Assembly: GCF_035084215.1 (NCBI RefSeq)
Contig: NW_027139581.1
Coordinates: 4,216,001 to 4,280,000 of the forward strand
DNA from: Heptranchias perlo
Lineage: Eukaryota
Reading direction: 5' to 3'
Length of the DNA: 64,000 nt
Shown here: piece after piece, positions 24,581 through 35,815 of the stretch
Layout: the number at the start of each line of letters is the position of its first letter
Position numbering within the stretch: the stretch's first letter is position 1
Program-made: the position numbers and the translations under genes
Notes under the pieces: generated by a model
Told to the model about the DNA's origin: nothing
Seen by the model: only the letters and a program-made list of their open reading frames with translations
Databases searched by the model: none

Positions 24581-26974
24581 CCAGACCCACTCCATGCTCG
24601 CTTTCAACCAAACCCGAATCGCCTACAAATGTTACCTGCAATGCACATGGAAATCTTTCAGTAAATCTGGGAAGTCTTTACTCAGAGACGTGTGAACATA
24701 TTAATGGCCTGTGAGAGGAAATAGTGGGGATTAATTGGATCAGAAAGTTCCAGGGAGAATGGGTGTGTGAGAGAGAGCTGAAGAATAAAGAGAGACTGAG
24801 CGGTGCATACGCACCTGGTGAATCATTGACTCGAGGTGGATGAAAGGTATTGTGTATTATATTTACTAAACACTGGGATCAGTAAGATGGGCTGCAATTA
24901 CCGTTTCTGTCTGTAAAACCTGTATTCCGATGTACCAATAACAGAGCATACGAATTTCAAATGTCCACTTGGAATGTCACATCCTGAAAAAAGTCAAGAG
25001 GTTTGACAAGATAGGATCTGTCCCTCTCTAAATTCCTGGACTGACACTTCCTGGAGAATTTCGGTATAACCTCTTCACAATGTTGTTCTTTCTGGTCCCT
25101 TTCAATGATTCTGCTGCACTGCTGTAAAATTAGTTTGCCGAAATCTAACAATTTGTTTTGTCACCTTCCTTGAAATAGGTCCGACATTGGCGAGTTCTCG
25201 TTGCAGTGGAACCTCTCCCGCATTTATTCACTCATTAATTATTACTGTCAACCATTGATAGATCTTGGCCCAGGAGTAATGGTATTGTGAAGTTGGGCCG
25301 TATCTCCGACGTTGCGGGATTTCTGCCAACTACAAAGAGGTGACTCTTACCGCTGCCGATTTTCCGCCTCTCGAGATCATTTACAGAATTGTTGGCAGCT
25401 AATTAACCTTTATTGTTGAGGGGGATATAGAGGGAGGGAACACTGGTGTTTGACCTTGGCCCCGCTCAAGCTTTGGGGCCTGAAGTTTACAACATTTGTC
25501 CCTGCGGATTAATCGGCTTTGAACCTATAAAGAAGGTCCATGAAAGTGAGATCAAAGTCATTGAGTTGTAGAATATCTTTTTATGAGTTCGCTGCTACTA
25601 GTAGCTTTTTAGTGATTTTGTTTTCCACGAAATAATAATGACGAACTATTCCCTTTGAAATTGAGCTGCATTTCCAATAATGTCCCGGGCACGCATGCGC
25701 ACGCGCACACGGGGCCGACAAAGAGCTGACTCTCAGCGACACCGATGCGACCTTGAGAACGTCCATTAGGGGCCGCGCCAGACCAAACCAAGTGATTTTC
25801 TCCCGCTGCAGCTCTCAATTCGCCGGACAGCAGGGCAGCTGAAATGTGAAACAAGAGGGAAGGGAATCTCCATCCCTCAGACTCGCTTCTCTTTGTTTCA
25901 ATCAGTTTGAACATATCCCAAAAGATATTACTGAGATTGCGGCATGTGCTTCACGTTCATCAATTTTGGTCAAGCTATTTTCTTCATAACAGTGCACCCT
26001 GCAATATCTATCAATCTGTGTATCTGTGTAATATATCCTTCACANNNNNNNNNNNNNNNNNNNNNNNNNNNNNNNNNNNNNNNNNNNNNNNNNNNNNNNN
26101 NNNNNNNNNNNNNNNNNNNNNNNNNNNNNNNNNNNNNNNNNNNNNNNNNNNNNNNNNNNNNNNNNNNNNNNNNNNNNNNNNGATTGACAGATGGACGGAT
26201 ACCAATATAAATATAGATATATATATATTTGCGAGGGTGGGAGCATACAATAATTTTTGGTTGGACGCATACGTTTATTCTTGTTAATAGCTATCAGCAG
26301 CTGCGTGCAATTTGTAATGTATCTCCTATTATGTCGTAATATTCGCGTTGAAAGGCTGGGGATGAATCTTGCAACAATCTTCCAGAGACGATTGGGGATT
26401 GAGGGGGTCTATAGAGGAGGGACAGCGCTATTAGTGGTAAAATCTGTTGTGTGAAAGTTTACTAATGCACACTTGTATTGTGCTGTGCTAATTGATCGCA
26501 GTTGTTTTTATGTTAAGGATCTTTTTCCTGCAGTATTTTCTAAATAGCTAACACTGATTCTGTGAGGCAGAGCCTGGAACTGTGCACTCACAGCACCACC
26601 GTTTGGGCTGCTGCAGGGTCCTAAACCCCTCAAACTGCTTAACTCTCATCTGGTTCAGAGGAACAACTGAAAAGAGCACAATCAAAGTGTTTGCTTTTTG
26701 TAATAGTGTGTGTGAGTGTACAACAAATATCATTCTTAATGGTTACAAGTACATTCCACATGGATAAATTATTATCTTCACCAATTATTTTCAGCATTTT
26801 TTTTTCTGTTATTAATAAATGTCATTGCAGATCGTTTATATCTTTAACATGTATTTATAACTCTTCGTCAGAAAACGATGTCATGCTGACCATTCTGTTA
26901 CCAAGGCAAGCTTGTCCCAAGTATTCTGTTGGAAAAGTGATGAGATCACACAATGAATAGCTGAACCTATCCTA

Positions 26975-27900
26975 GAATCATATAATGTGCGACACTGAAG
27001 GCCGCCGTTTGGCAATAGCGGCGCTTCCTCTTCAAATGTGCCTTCGGATCTCATGTTCCTGCGATTTACGGTGTATTTTTGATATTTTTCCTCTCAAATA
27101 CTTAACCAATTCACCTTCAATCGTCGAGATGGTTAAAACAATCCAGGGACCTTCTGCGTGAAAAGAAATCTCCCAGCGCATCCTCCTGCTCTCCTCCTGA
27201 TAACACTGATCCCATACCGCGTGAATGGCCAACCAGTGGAAGCAATCTTTTATTATTTACCCTTTGTGCTCTATGATTCTCGGATGATCTCTAAAACTGT
27301 GTTGCTGTTTGGAATATACTATCTTTCAATATTTTTCCCCAAAAATGTGTTACTTCACATTTCCTTGCATTCAACAGCATTTGTCACCTCTCTCCTCTTT
27401 CTACTAACCGGCCTATGTCCTGTAATCTTCTGAATTATTTTTCATAGCTTTGGGATTATAATTTGGAACCATCAGCAAACTGTGATAGCATTCGTCTTTT
27501 GTCGATATCCAAACCATTTGTGTAAATGTCAATTAAAACAGAAAAAGAAAAGGGGCCCGAGCACAGATCCCTACAGTCTGCCACTGACCACATCATGTGA
27601 ATGCAAAAACAAAATCCAGTTACCCCTACACTTTCACTTCAGCCCCTCAGCCACCGCTCTGTCCAGATAGCCACATTCCCTTTACTACCATGTGCCTTGC
27701 TTTTTGCAAAAAGTCTCTTATGTGACACCTCAGGAAACGTCTTCTAAAAATCCATAGATAAAAACAGGCCCTTTCCCTTCATCTGTGCTCCAGTTGAAAT
27801 CCTCAAGCACAACCTGTACTTGATCGATCCACGCTGTCTGTCCCTGATCAGCCCACGCCTTTCTCAGTGTTCATTAATATCATCCCGTATAATGGACTGC
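26975..27900 (-). mobile_element. Old degraded CR1 fragments
   Basis: Decayed 3' UTR and RT remnants (reverse complement of the GSVLGP and DF.KAF regions). Confidence 0.55.
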
Positions 27901-28261
27901 AGCGGTGAAATGTTCCTCTTTAATGTTCCAGGGATAGAGTATTCACTGGGGACGGTGCATTGAGGGAACTCAACGCCTGCTACCATGGAGTCTCTCTGGT
28001 TTCTTGTCAAGTGATCATCTCAGCATCACACAAAAGTTCCTGACATAAACCTGGAGTGTGTGATGATTTGTGCAAGTGATGGTAAAAATGAAAGTAAGAT
28101 TAATAAGTGTGTAATTCTCTCACTTAATTATTTCCGTTGATGAAGGCAATGCAACACTTGCTACTCTCCAGCGACGTTAGGTCTATTTCTGTTTCCACAG
28201 TCTTTTTTTGACCATTACCTCCACTATTTCCCTCGCAACCTCTTCCAATTTTTTGGACGCG

Positions 28262-29110
28262 GAACTACAAGGGCCTGCTGATCCGTGGCAGACGAAATTC
28301 AACGCAGAAAGGTGTGAAGTGATACATCTCTGTGGGAAGAACTAGGAGAAGCAATATAAACTAAAGGGCACAATTCTAAAAGGAGTGCAGGAACAGAGAG
28401 ATCTGGGGGTGCACAAATCGTTGAAGGTCGCAGGGCAGGTTGAGAAAGCAGGTTGATAAAGCATCGGGGATCGTGGTCTCTATAAATAGAGGCATGGAGT
28501 ACAAAGGCAAGGAGGTTGTGATGAACCTTTATAAAACACTGGTTGGACCACAACTGGAATATTGGGTCCAGTTCTGGGCACTGAACTTTAGGAAGGATAT
28601 GAAGGCCTTAGAGAGGGTGCAGAAAAGATTTACTAGAATGATTCCAGGGATGAGGGACTTCAGTTACCTGCATAGACTGGAAAAGCTGAGGATGTGCTCC
28701 TTAGAGCAGAGATGGTTTAGAGGAGATTTGAGAAAGGTATTCAGAATCACGAAGGCTCTGGAGAGAGTAGATAGAGAGAAAATGTTCCCATTGGCGGAGC
28801 GGTCAAGAATCAGAGGACATAGATTTAAGGTGATTGGCAAAAGAACCAAAGGCGAGATGAGAAAAAACTTTTTTTGACACAGCGAGTGGTTGTGATCTGG
28901 AATGCACTGCCTGAGGTGGTGGTGGAGGCAGATTCAATCATGGCCTTCAAAAGGGAACTGGATAAGTACTTGAAGGGAAAAACATTTCGGGGATACGGGC
29001 ATATGGCAGGGGAGTGGGACTAGCTGGATTGCTCTTGCAGACAGCCGGCACGGACTCGACGGGTCGAATGGCCTCCTTCCGTGCTGTAATATTTCTATGA
29101 TTCCATGATT
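28262..29110 (+). mobile_element. CR1 3' portion
   Basis: LYKTLVGPQLEYWVQFW...LERVQKRFTRMIPG...RGHRFK. Confidence 0.92.
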
Positions 29111-29717
29111 ATGAACGTAGATATTGCCTTCACTAATTTGCCCTATAACTTGTAGAAATGGACCAAAAACAATTGTTGTTTGAATTCGTTGAGAGATTTG
29201 CATTTCTCTCTCTCTCTTTATTCTGGGTTGTGTTGGGGGAACATGTGGTGCTGATTTTCGGTGCTCAATACTCTAATCTGGGACTTCTATTTCTGTGATT
29301 ATTTACATAAGCGCCTTTGGTTTCGGTGAAATGTTCACGGCAGCAAACCCAGATCATCAAACTCAGTTATTGATTTGTTTGAACTCACAAATAGGTTTTA
29401 CTTTCAGAATATTGACAGTTTGGTCCAAAGAAATAGAAATGTCTCGAACAGTGGCATCGGTGGCGGTTTTGTTCAATTAGAACAGATGTTATTTGTATCA
29501 AAGGGGAACACGATTAAATTAAGAACCCAGTTCGGCTGCAGAAATCAATAGAACATTCCTAAAGAGGCTGGTGTTCCTCTGGATGTCAACTTTGTGGAAC
29601 ATTTAACCCATGTAAAGTTAACAGGTTAAAGCAATGACCAGAGCAATGTTCTACAGACGCATTAATCTCTGAGCTTTTAACATATCGCAACTTGTATTTT
29701 CAAATGTTGACATTTAA

Positions 29718-30390
29718 AAAGAAAGACTTGCATTTATATAGCGCCTTTCATGACCTCCGGACGTCCCAAAGTGCTTTGCAGCCCATGAAGTACTTCTGAA
29801 GTGTGGTCACTGTTGAATGTAGGAAATACGGCAGCCAATTTGCGCACAGCAAGATCCCACTAACAGCAATGCGATAATGAATACTGAACGAGAGGGATAG
29901 AGGGAGCAATAGAGAGAATGGGAGAGAGTGAGAAACGGAAGAAGTGGGAGAGACAGAAGGAAACAGACAGAGAGAGGGAGAGACAGGGAAAACAGAGATG
30001 GAGAGAGAGAGAGACAGGGGGAGACAGAAAAGGGAGATAGGGGCAACAGTGAGAGAGAGAAAGAATGAGAAAGGTAGGTGGAAACAGAAAGGCAGAGGAA
30101 GAGATGGGGAAACAGTTAGGGAGAGAGCAAGATGGAGAAAGATACAGCAGCCAATTTTTGAACAGTAAGATCCCACATGGAGCAATGAGATAAATGACCA
30201 GATGATCTGTTTCAGTGATGTTGATTTAGTGATAAACATTGGCGCAGGAGAAACCCCCTGCTCTTCTTCAAAATAGTATCATGGGATTTTTCACGTCCAC
30301 CTGGGAGGACAGACAGTGCCTCAATTTATCGTCTCATCCAAAAGAATGCACTTCTGACAGTGCAGCACTCCCCCAGTACTGCACTGGATT
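29718..30390 (-). mobile_element. Deu-domain SINE split by a GA-rich tract
   Basis: Homologous to 9272-9705; purine tract at about 29888-30145. Confidence 0.75.
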
Positions 30391-30414
30391 GTCATCCAAT
30401 ATTGGGCTCAATTC

Positions 30415-33200
30415 TCTGCCTTTGGCCCATATCCCTTAATACCTTTGGTTGCCAAAAAGCTATCTATCTCAGATTTAAATGCAGCAATTGAGCTGAGATA
30501 GATTTGTCTTACACTGACCCGTTTCCTCAACTACTTCTTACAACATTCTAACCACTCTTTGGGTAAAGAAGTTTCCCTTGAATTCCCTATTGGATTTATT
30601 AGTGACTATCTTATATCTATGGTCCCTTGTTCTGGACTCCCCCGCAAGTGGAATCATCTTCTCTATATCTACCCTATCAAACCCTTTCATAATCTTAAAG
30701 ACCTCTGTCAGGTGACCCCTCAGTCTTCTCTATTTTAGAGAAGAGAGTCTCAGCCTGTTCAATTTTTCCTGAGGTTCAACCTCTCGATTGTGGTATCAGC
30801 CTGGTGAATCTTTTCTGCACCTTCTCCAGTGCCCCATAGCCTTTTATAATATGGAGATCAGAACTGTTCATAGGACTCCAAGTGTGGTCTAACCAAGGTT
30901 CTATACAAGTTTAACATAAATTCTCTGCATTCAAATTCTACTCCTCGAGAAATGAACCCCAGTGCTTGGTTTGCTTTTTTATGGCCTTAATAACCTGCAT
31001 CACTACTTTTAGTGATTTGTGTATCGATACTCCCAGGTCCCTCTGCTACTCTACCCCATTTAGATTCTTATTTGCCAAGGAGTATGTGGCCTCCTTATTC
31101 TTCCTATCTAAATGTACCACCTCACAATTATCTCTATTGAAATTCATTTGCCAATTACTCGCCCATTCTGCAGGTTCCTGTTTTATGTCGCAGTCCTCTC
31201 CAGTATTAACTATATCACCCTCACCCCTTTCCCCCAATTTGGGACATCTGCAAATTTTGAAATTGTACTTCCGATTCCTGAGTCCAAATCGTTTATATAA
31301 ATGGTGAACAACAGTGATCCCAGCCCGGATCCTTGTGGAACACCACTTCCCACCTTTTGCCAGTCTGAGTAACTACCTTTAACCCCGACTCTCTGTTTTC
31401 TCTTTTGTAGCCAGCTTGCTACCCATCCTGCTACTTGTCCCCTGACTCCACATCTTATCGAAGGCCTTTTGAAAATCCAAATATATTACATCCACTGAAT
31501 TACCCTTGTCTACACTTTCTGTTACTTCTTCAAAGAATTCAATAAGGTTGGTCATCCATAACCTTCCATTTTGAAATCCGTGCTCACTATTCTTTATTAT
31601 ATTTACGGTTTCTAGATGTTTTCCTATAATATCTGTGAGTAAGGATTCCATTATCTTTCCTATTATCGACGTTAAGCTTCTTGATCAATAGTTCCTTGGA
31701 CTTTTTCTATCTCCCTTCTTCAATATAGGAATCACATTAGCTGTCTGCCAGTCCTCTGGTACTATTCCCTTTTCGAATGCCTGTTTATATACATGTAAAA
31801 GTGCCTCTGCTATCTCTTCTCTAACTTCCTTTAATATGCGCGGATGCAATCTATCCGGACCAGGGGTTTTATCCACTCTAAGTTTGATGAGTTTATCAAT
31901 TATCTTTTTTGATCTCTTCTTCCAATGCCATGCCCACCCTGATAAATACTGAGGCAAAGTAATTGTTTAATATTTCTGCAGTTTCACTGTCATGACCTGT
32001 GAGTTTATGGTGTGTATCCCTTAATGGCCCCATCCCTGTCCTGATTGTTCTTTTGTTATTTTTGTGTCTATCGCATACTTTACTATTTCTTTAGATAATC
32101 CTTGAAAATATAATTTCATCGTTTCTCTTTACCTTGCTTATTGGTTTGTTTTACTTCTTTCCTAACTTTCTCCTATTCCCCTTTGCCATCCTCTCATTTG
32201 TTATCTGTGTACTTAGTGCTCGTTTTTTTTCAGTTTGAATTTTGCCCTTATTTCATTATTCATCCATGGTGTATCTTCACTGCCTGGTTTGTTCTTGCTT
32301 TTTAGTGGGATACATTTCTCCTGGACTCTATCGATAACTGTTTTAAATGTTGCCCACTTCTGTTCTATTTCTTTGTTTGTCAGTAAAGTTTTCCAGTTTA
32401 TTTTCCCTCGTTCCAGCGGTACAGCTCCTTCCTGTTCTAGTCCTGGTGCCAGTGTCCCATGAAATGGAACCCCTCCTTCCCACACCACTCTTTCAGACAC
32501 GCATTCACCTTCCTGATCTGTATATCCCTCCGCCATTTAGCACGTGGCTCGGGTTGTAATCCTGAGATTACCATCTGTAAGCTTCTGCTTCTTAAGTTAG
32601 TTCGTAGTTTCTGATATTCCCTCAGCAGGACCTCCTCCCGTTTCTTCCTTATGTCATTGGTGAGGACCTGGACCATGACAACTGGATCCACCCCATTTTT
32701 TTCCAAGTCCCTCTCCAGTTGCTCCGGGATATTTACCCTTGCACCCGGTAGGAAACACAGCCTCCTGTTCCTGACTGCAGAGGACGCTATCTATCCACTG
32801 ATTATAGAATCCCCAGTGACTTCAACCTTTCTATCCTGATCTTCCCGCCTTGGACTGCCTCATGCTCCACGGTGCCATGGTTAGGATTCTGGGCATCCTC
32901 CCTGCAGCCTTCACCCTCATCCTCACAGGTATCAAGTACCTCGTACCCGTTGGATAGGACCAGTGTCTGCGGGACCTCTTTCTCTACCTCCCCCTCCCTT
33001 ATGTGTTGGAGTGTCTCTAACTCACACTCCAGCTCAAAGACTCTTAGCTGCAGTGTCTCAATCCAGAGACATTTACTGCAGATGTGTCAATCTGGGACGG
33101 TCTCACTGTCTACAAACTCCCACATATTGCAGTCCCGACATACAGCCTGTACTGCTATTTCTAGCTTTTATTTGCTTATTTATTGATCGGTAGTTTATTT
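30415..33200 (-). mobile_element. CR1 LINE with ORF1 and partial ORF2 (APE region deleted)
   Basis: ORF1 (PVVMVQVLTNDI...VISGL...NACLKEWCGKEGF) joins directly to INWK..., then KTPGPD and [10 protein letters not shown]. Confidence 0.88.
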
Positions 33201-34734
33201 CTCGGACTAATACAATCGCTTGAGATCTAGATTTATTTAGTAGATGGATTTAGCTTGATTTCTAATTAATTAGAAATTAACTCCCATCTTCACAACACAG
33301 AGATCCTCTCCATCACAAAATCACATACTGCCAAAATCAAAGAGCCCTTACCATCATTAACTTCCATATCCGCACCACCCAGCTTCTTTCAGTGACTAAA
33401 TCCCAAACTCTCAGCACCCACGTTCCTTTCTGTTGCTCAATCCCATACCGGAATTACCCAGCCTCATTGCCAAAACGAAGTCACGTGCTTCCAATCCCTT
33501 TGACCGTTCCCACCAGCATGTTCCACTCTCCCATCACGCCAGCTCTGGCCATCACTTTGCCAGTACTCCCAGTATCCTGGTCCTTGTAAAGTTCGATGTC
33601 CTCATTATGCCCTGGGAGTAGCTTCAAATTCCTTATCCTCAACTTTCAACTCCTCCATATCTCCCTCACTCACCCCTAGAAACCTCCTTCAGCTGTATGT
33701 CCCTGTACACACGCTCTGCTGTTACATAACTGATTTAATTTAATTCTGGGATCTCATTTTTGCACCTCCGACATTAGTAACCACTCTTCAGTTACTATCC
33801 TCCTGGCTCATGGAGCTCGATTGGTAAACAGCTCCAACTTGCCCCCTCCCTTCCTGTTTAGAAATGCCTCCTAAAAACCCTTATCGTTTGACGGTGCTTT
33901 CATCCCTCCAAGGATTCTGGCTCTACCTCTCCCTCCTAATTGTTGCCCATGTATTTTCTTTCTTGCTGAAAAATTTGCAGGGCTATGGGGTAAGAGCAGG
34001 AAAGTGGGACTAATGAATAGCTCTTTCAAAGAGCCAGCACAGGCACGATGGTCCGAATGGCCTCCTGCTGTGCTGTTTCATTCTATGATTCTATGATTCT
34101 CCGCCCTATAAAGCCATCTAAATAAATGTTTTTGCCCATAATCTGGGCTGTAGCGATGCAGCGACTTCATGTGTCGATGTTGTAGATTCGAGGTTACAAT
34201 ACAACAGAGGCCACTTTTTTTCAACGAGCTGCCTCGTAGGAAAGTCAAATCCAGAAAGATTTAAATGAGAATTCGACATAATTATCCTGAAATGTTAACA
34301 TGTCAGTGTTGTCATTTTTGTGTCAGTAATATGATATTCTGCTTGTAATATTTTAATTCACATTGCCCATTTCACAAAAGGCTGGAAGTTCTTATAAAAC
34401 CTTAAGATTATCATTCACTTGGGCAACAAAATACAAGAATTTATACATTTAAAACGTGTTTTCAGCCCTTCCTCTTTTTCTATCTATTCTTGGACATCTG
34501 TGAGTTCCCCTTTTATTCTGTTTCATTCCAATCCATTTACTACAGTGCTTTATAAATATAAAATCAGCGAAATTCGATCATAATCGGAAGGAATTCCCGC
34601 TTCCTCAGCCCTTCAGGTAAAACACAAGACAAGTTCATCAGTCACTAATGTCTCCCAGCTACTTGCAGAGCCAGAATCAGAACATGGAGAACTCCAGTAA
34701 ATGGGTTTGTTCAGCTTAATATTAGTGTCAAACA

Positions 34735-35160
34735 TGGCGCACTCTCGCCTCTGTGTCAGAAGGTTGTGGGTTCAAGTCCCATTCAAGGGTCTTGAGCACA
34801 AAATCTAGACTGACAATCCAGTGCAGGACTGAGGGAGTGCTGCACTGTCGGAGGTGCCGTGTTTCTGATGAGAGTTTACCCATGGCCCCATCTGCAATCT
34901 GAGGTGGATGTAAAAGATCCCCCGGGAATATTGGAGGAAGAGATGGGAAGTTCTCCCTGGTGTCCTGGGCCCAATATTTATCCTTCCACTGCAACAGATT
35001 ATCTGGTCATTTATCTCATTGCTGCTTGTGGGACCTTGCTGTGCGCAAATGACTGCCGCCTTTCCTACATTACAACAGTTCAAAGGTACTTCTTTGTCTG
35101 CAACGCGCTTTGGGCCATCCTGAGGTCGTGACAGGCGCGATATAAATGCAAGTCTTTTTT
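34735..35160 (+). mobile_element. Deu-domain SINE, near full length
   Basis: tRNA-like head GGTTCAAGTCCC, Deu core and tail ATAAATGCAAGTC. Confidence 0.8.
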
Positions 35161-35579
35161 ATGGTTTGAATGAGTTTAAACAGCCTGCATCGAGGCCATC
35201 AAAGGGCTCAGATGTTGCATTTCCACATTTTTGTGGGAGAAACATAAATTAAAGAGAAAAAGACGGAAAGACACACGCACATGTGTGCTACAGACACTCC
35301 TCTCTCTCCCTCAGTGGCAATTTTACATTGGCCATTTCCGGTCACCGAGTACCCAACTGGAGGAAATTGACTTTTTCCAAATCACCTTTTCAATGCAATT
35401 CATAATTTTAAAACTTTTGTTAAATTTCTGTTTAGGCTTATCTTCTGCAGTGAAAATAGTTGCAGATTCCAATATATCTCCTCACACGATAGCGTGCCGT
35501 GCCTGGTATCATCCTGGTGAATCTACACTGTATATTCTGTATGGCTTTGGTGTCCTTTTTACAATGGGACTCCCAAAAC

Positions 35580-35815
35580 GATGAAATAAAACAGAAAATG
35601 CTGGAAATGCTCAGGAGGTCAGGCAGCATCCGTGGGGAAAGGAACAGAAATAACGTTTCAGGTAGATTGACTTCTTCCAGTTCTGACAAAAGGTTGTCGA
35701 CCTGAAACGTTAACTCTGTTTCTCTCTCCACAGATGCTGCCTGACCTGCTGAGTATTTCCAGCATTTTCCGTTCATATTTCAGATTTCCAGCATTCGCAG
35801 AATTTTACTTTTGAT
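35580..35815. mobile_element. Inverted-repeat element resembling Penelope-like pseudo-LTR remnants
   Basis: Long imperfect hairpin AAAATGCTGGAAAT.CTCAG...GGCAGCATC / GATGCTGCCTGACCTGCTGAGTATTTCCAGCATTTT. Confidence 0.6.

Noticed and set aside
29196-29203. Perfect octamer ATTTGCAT
   Set aside because: Isolated 8-mer 10 kb from the V promoter; about one or two are expected by chance in 64 kb.
34735-34800. tRNA gene
   Set aside because: It is the tRNA-derived head of a Deu SINE, not a complete cloverleaf.
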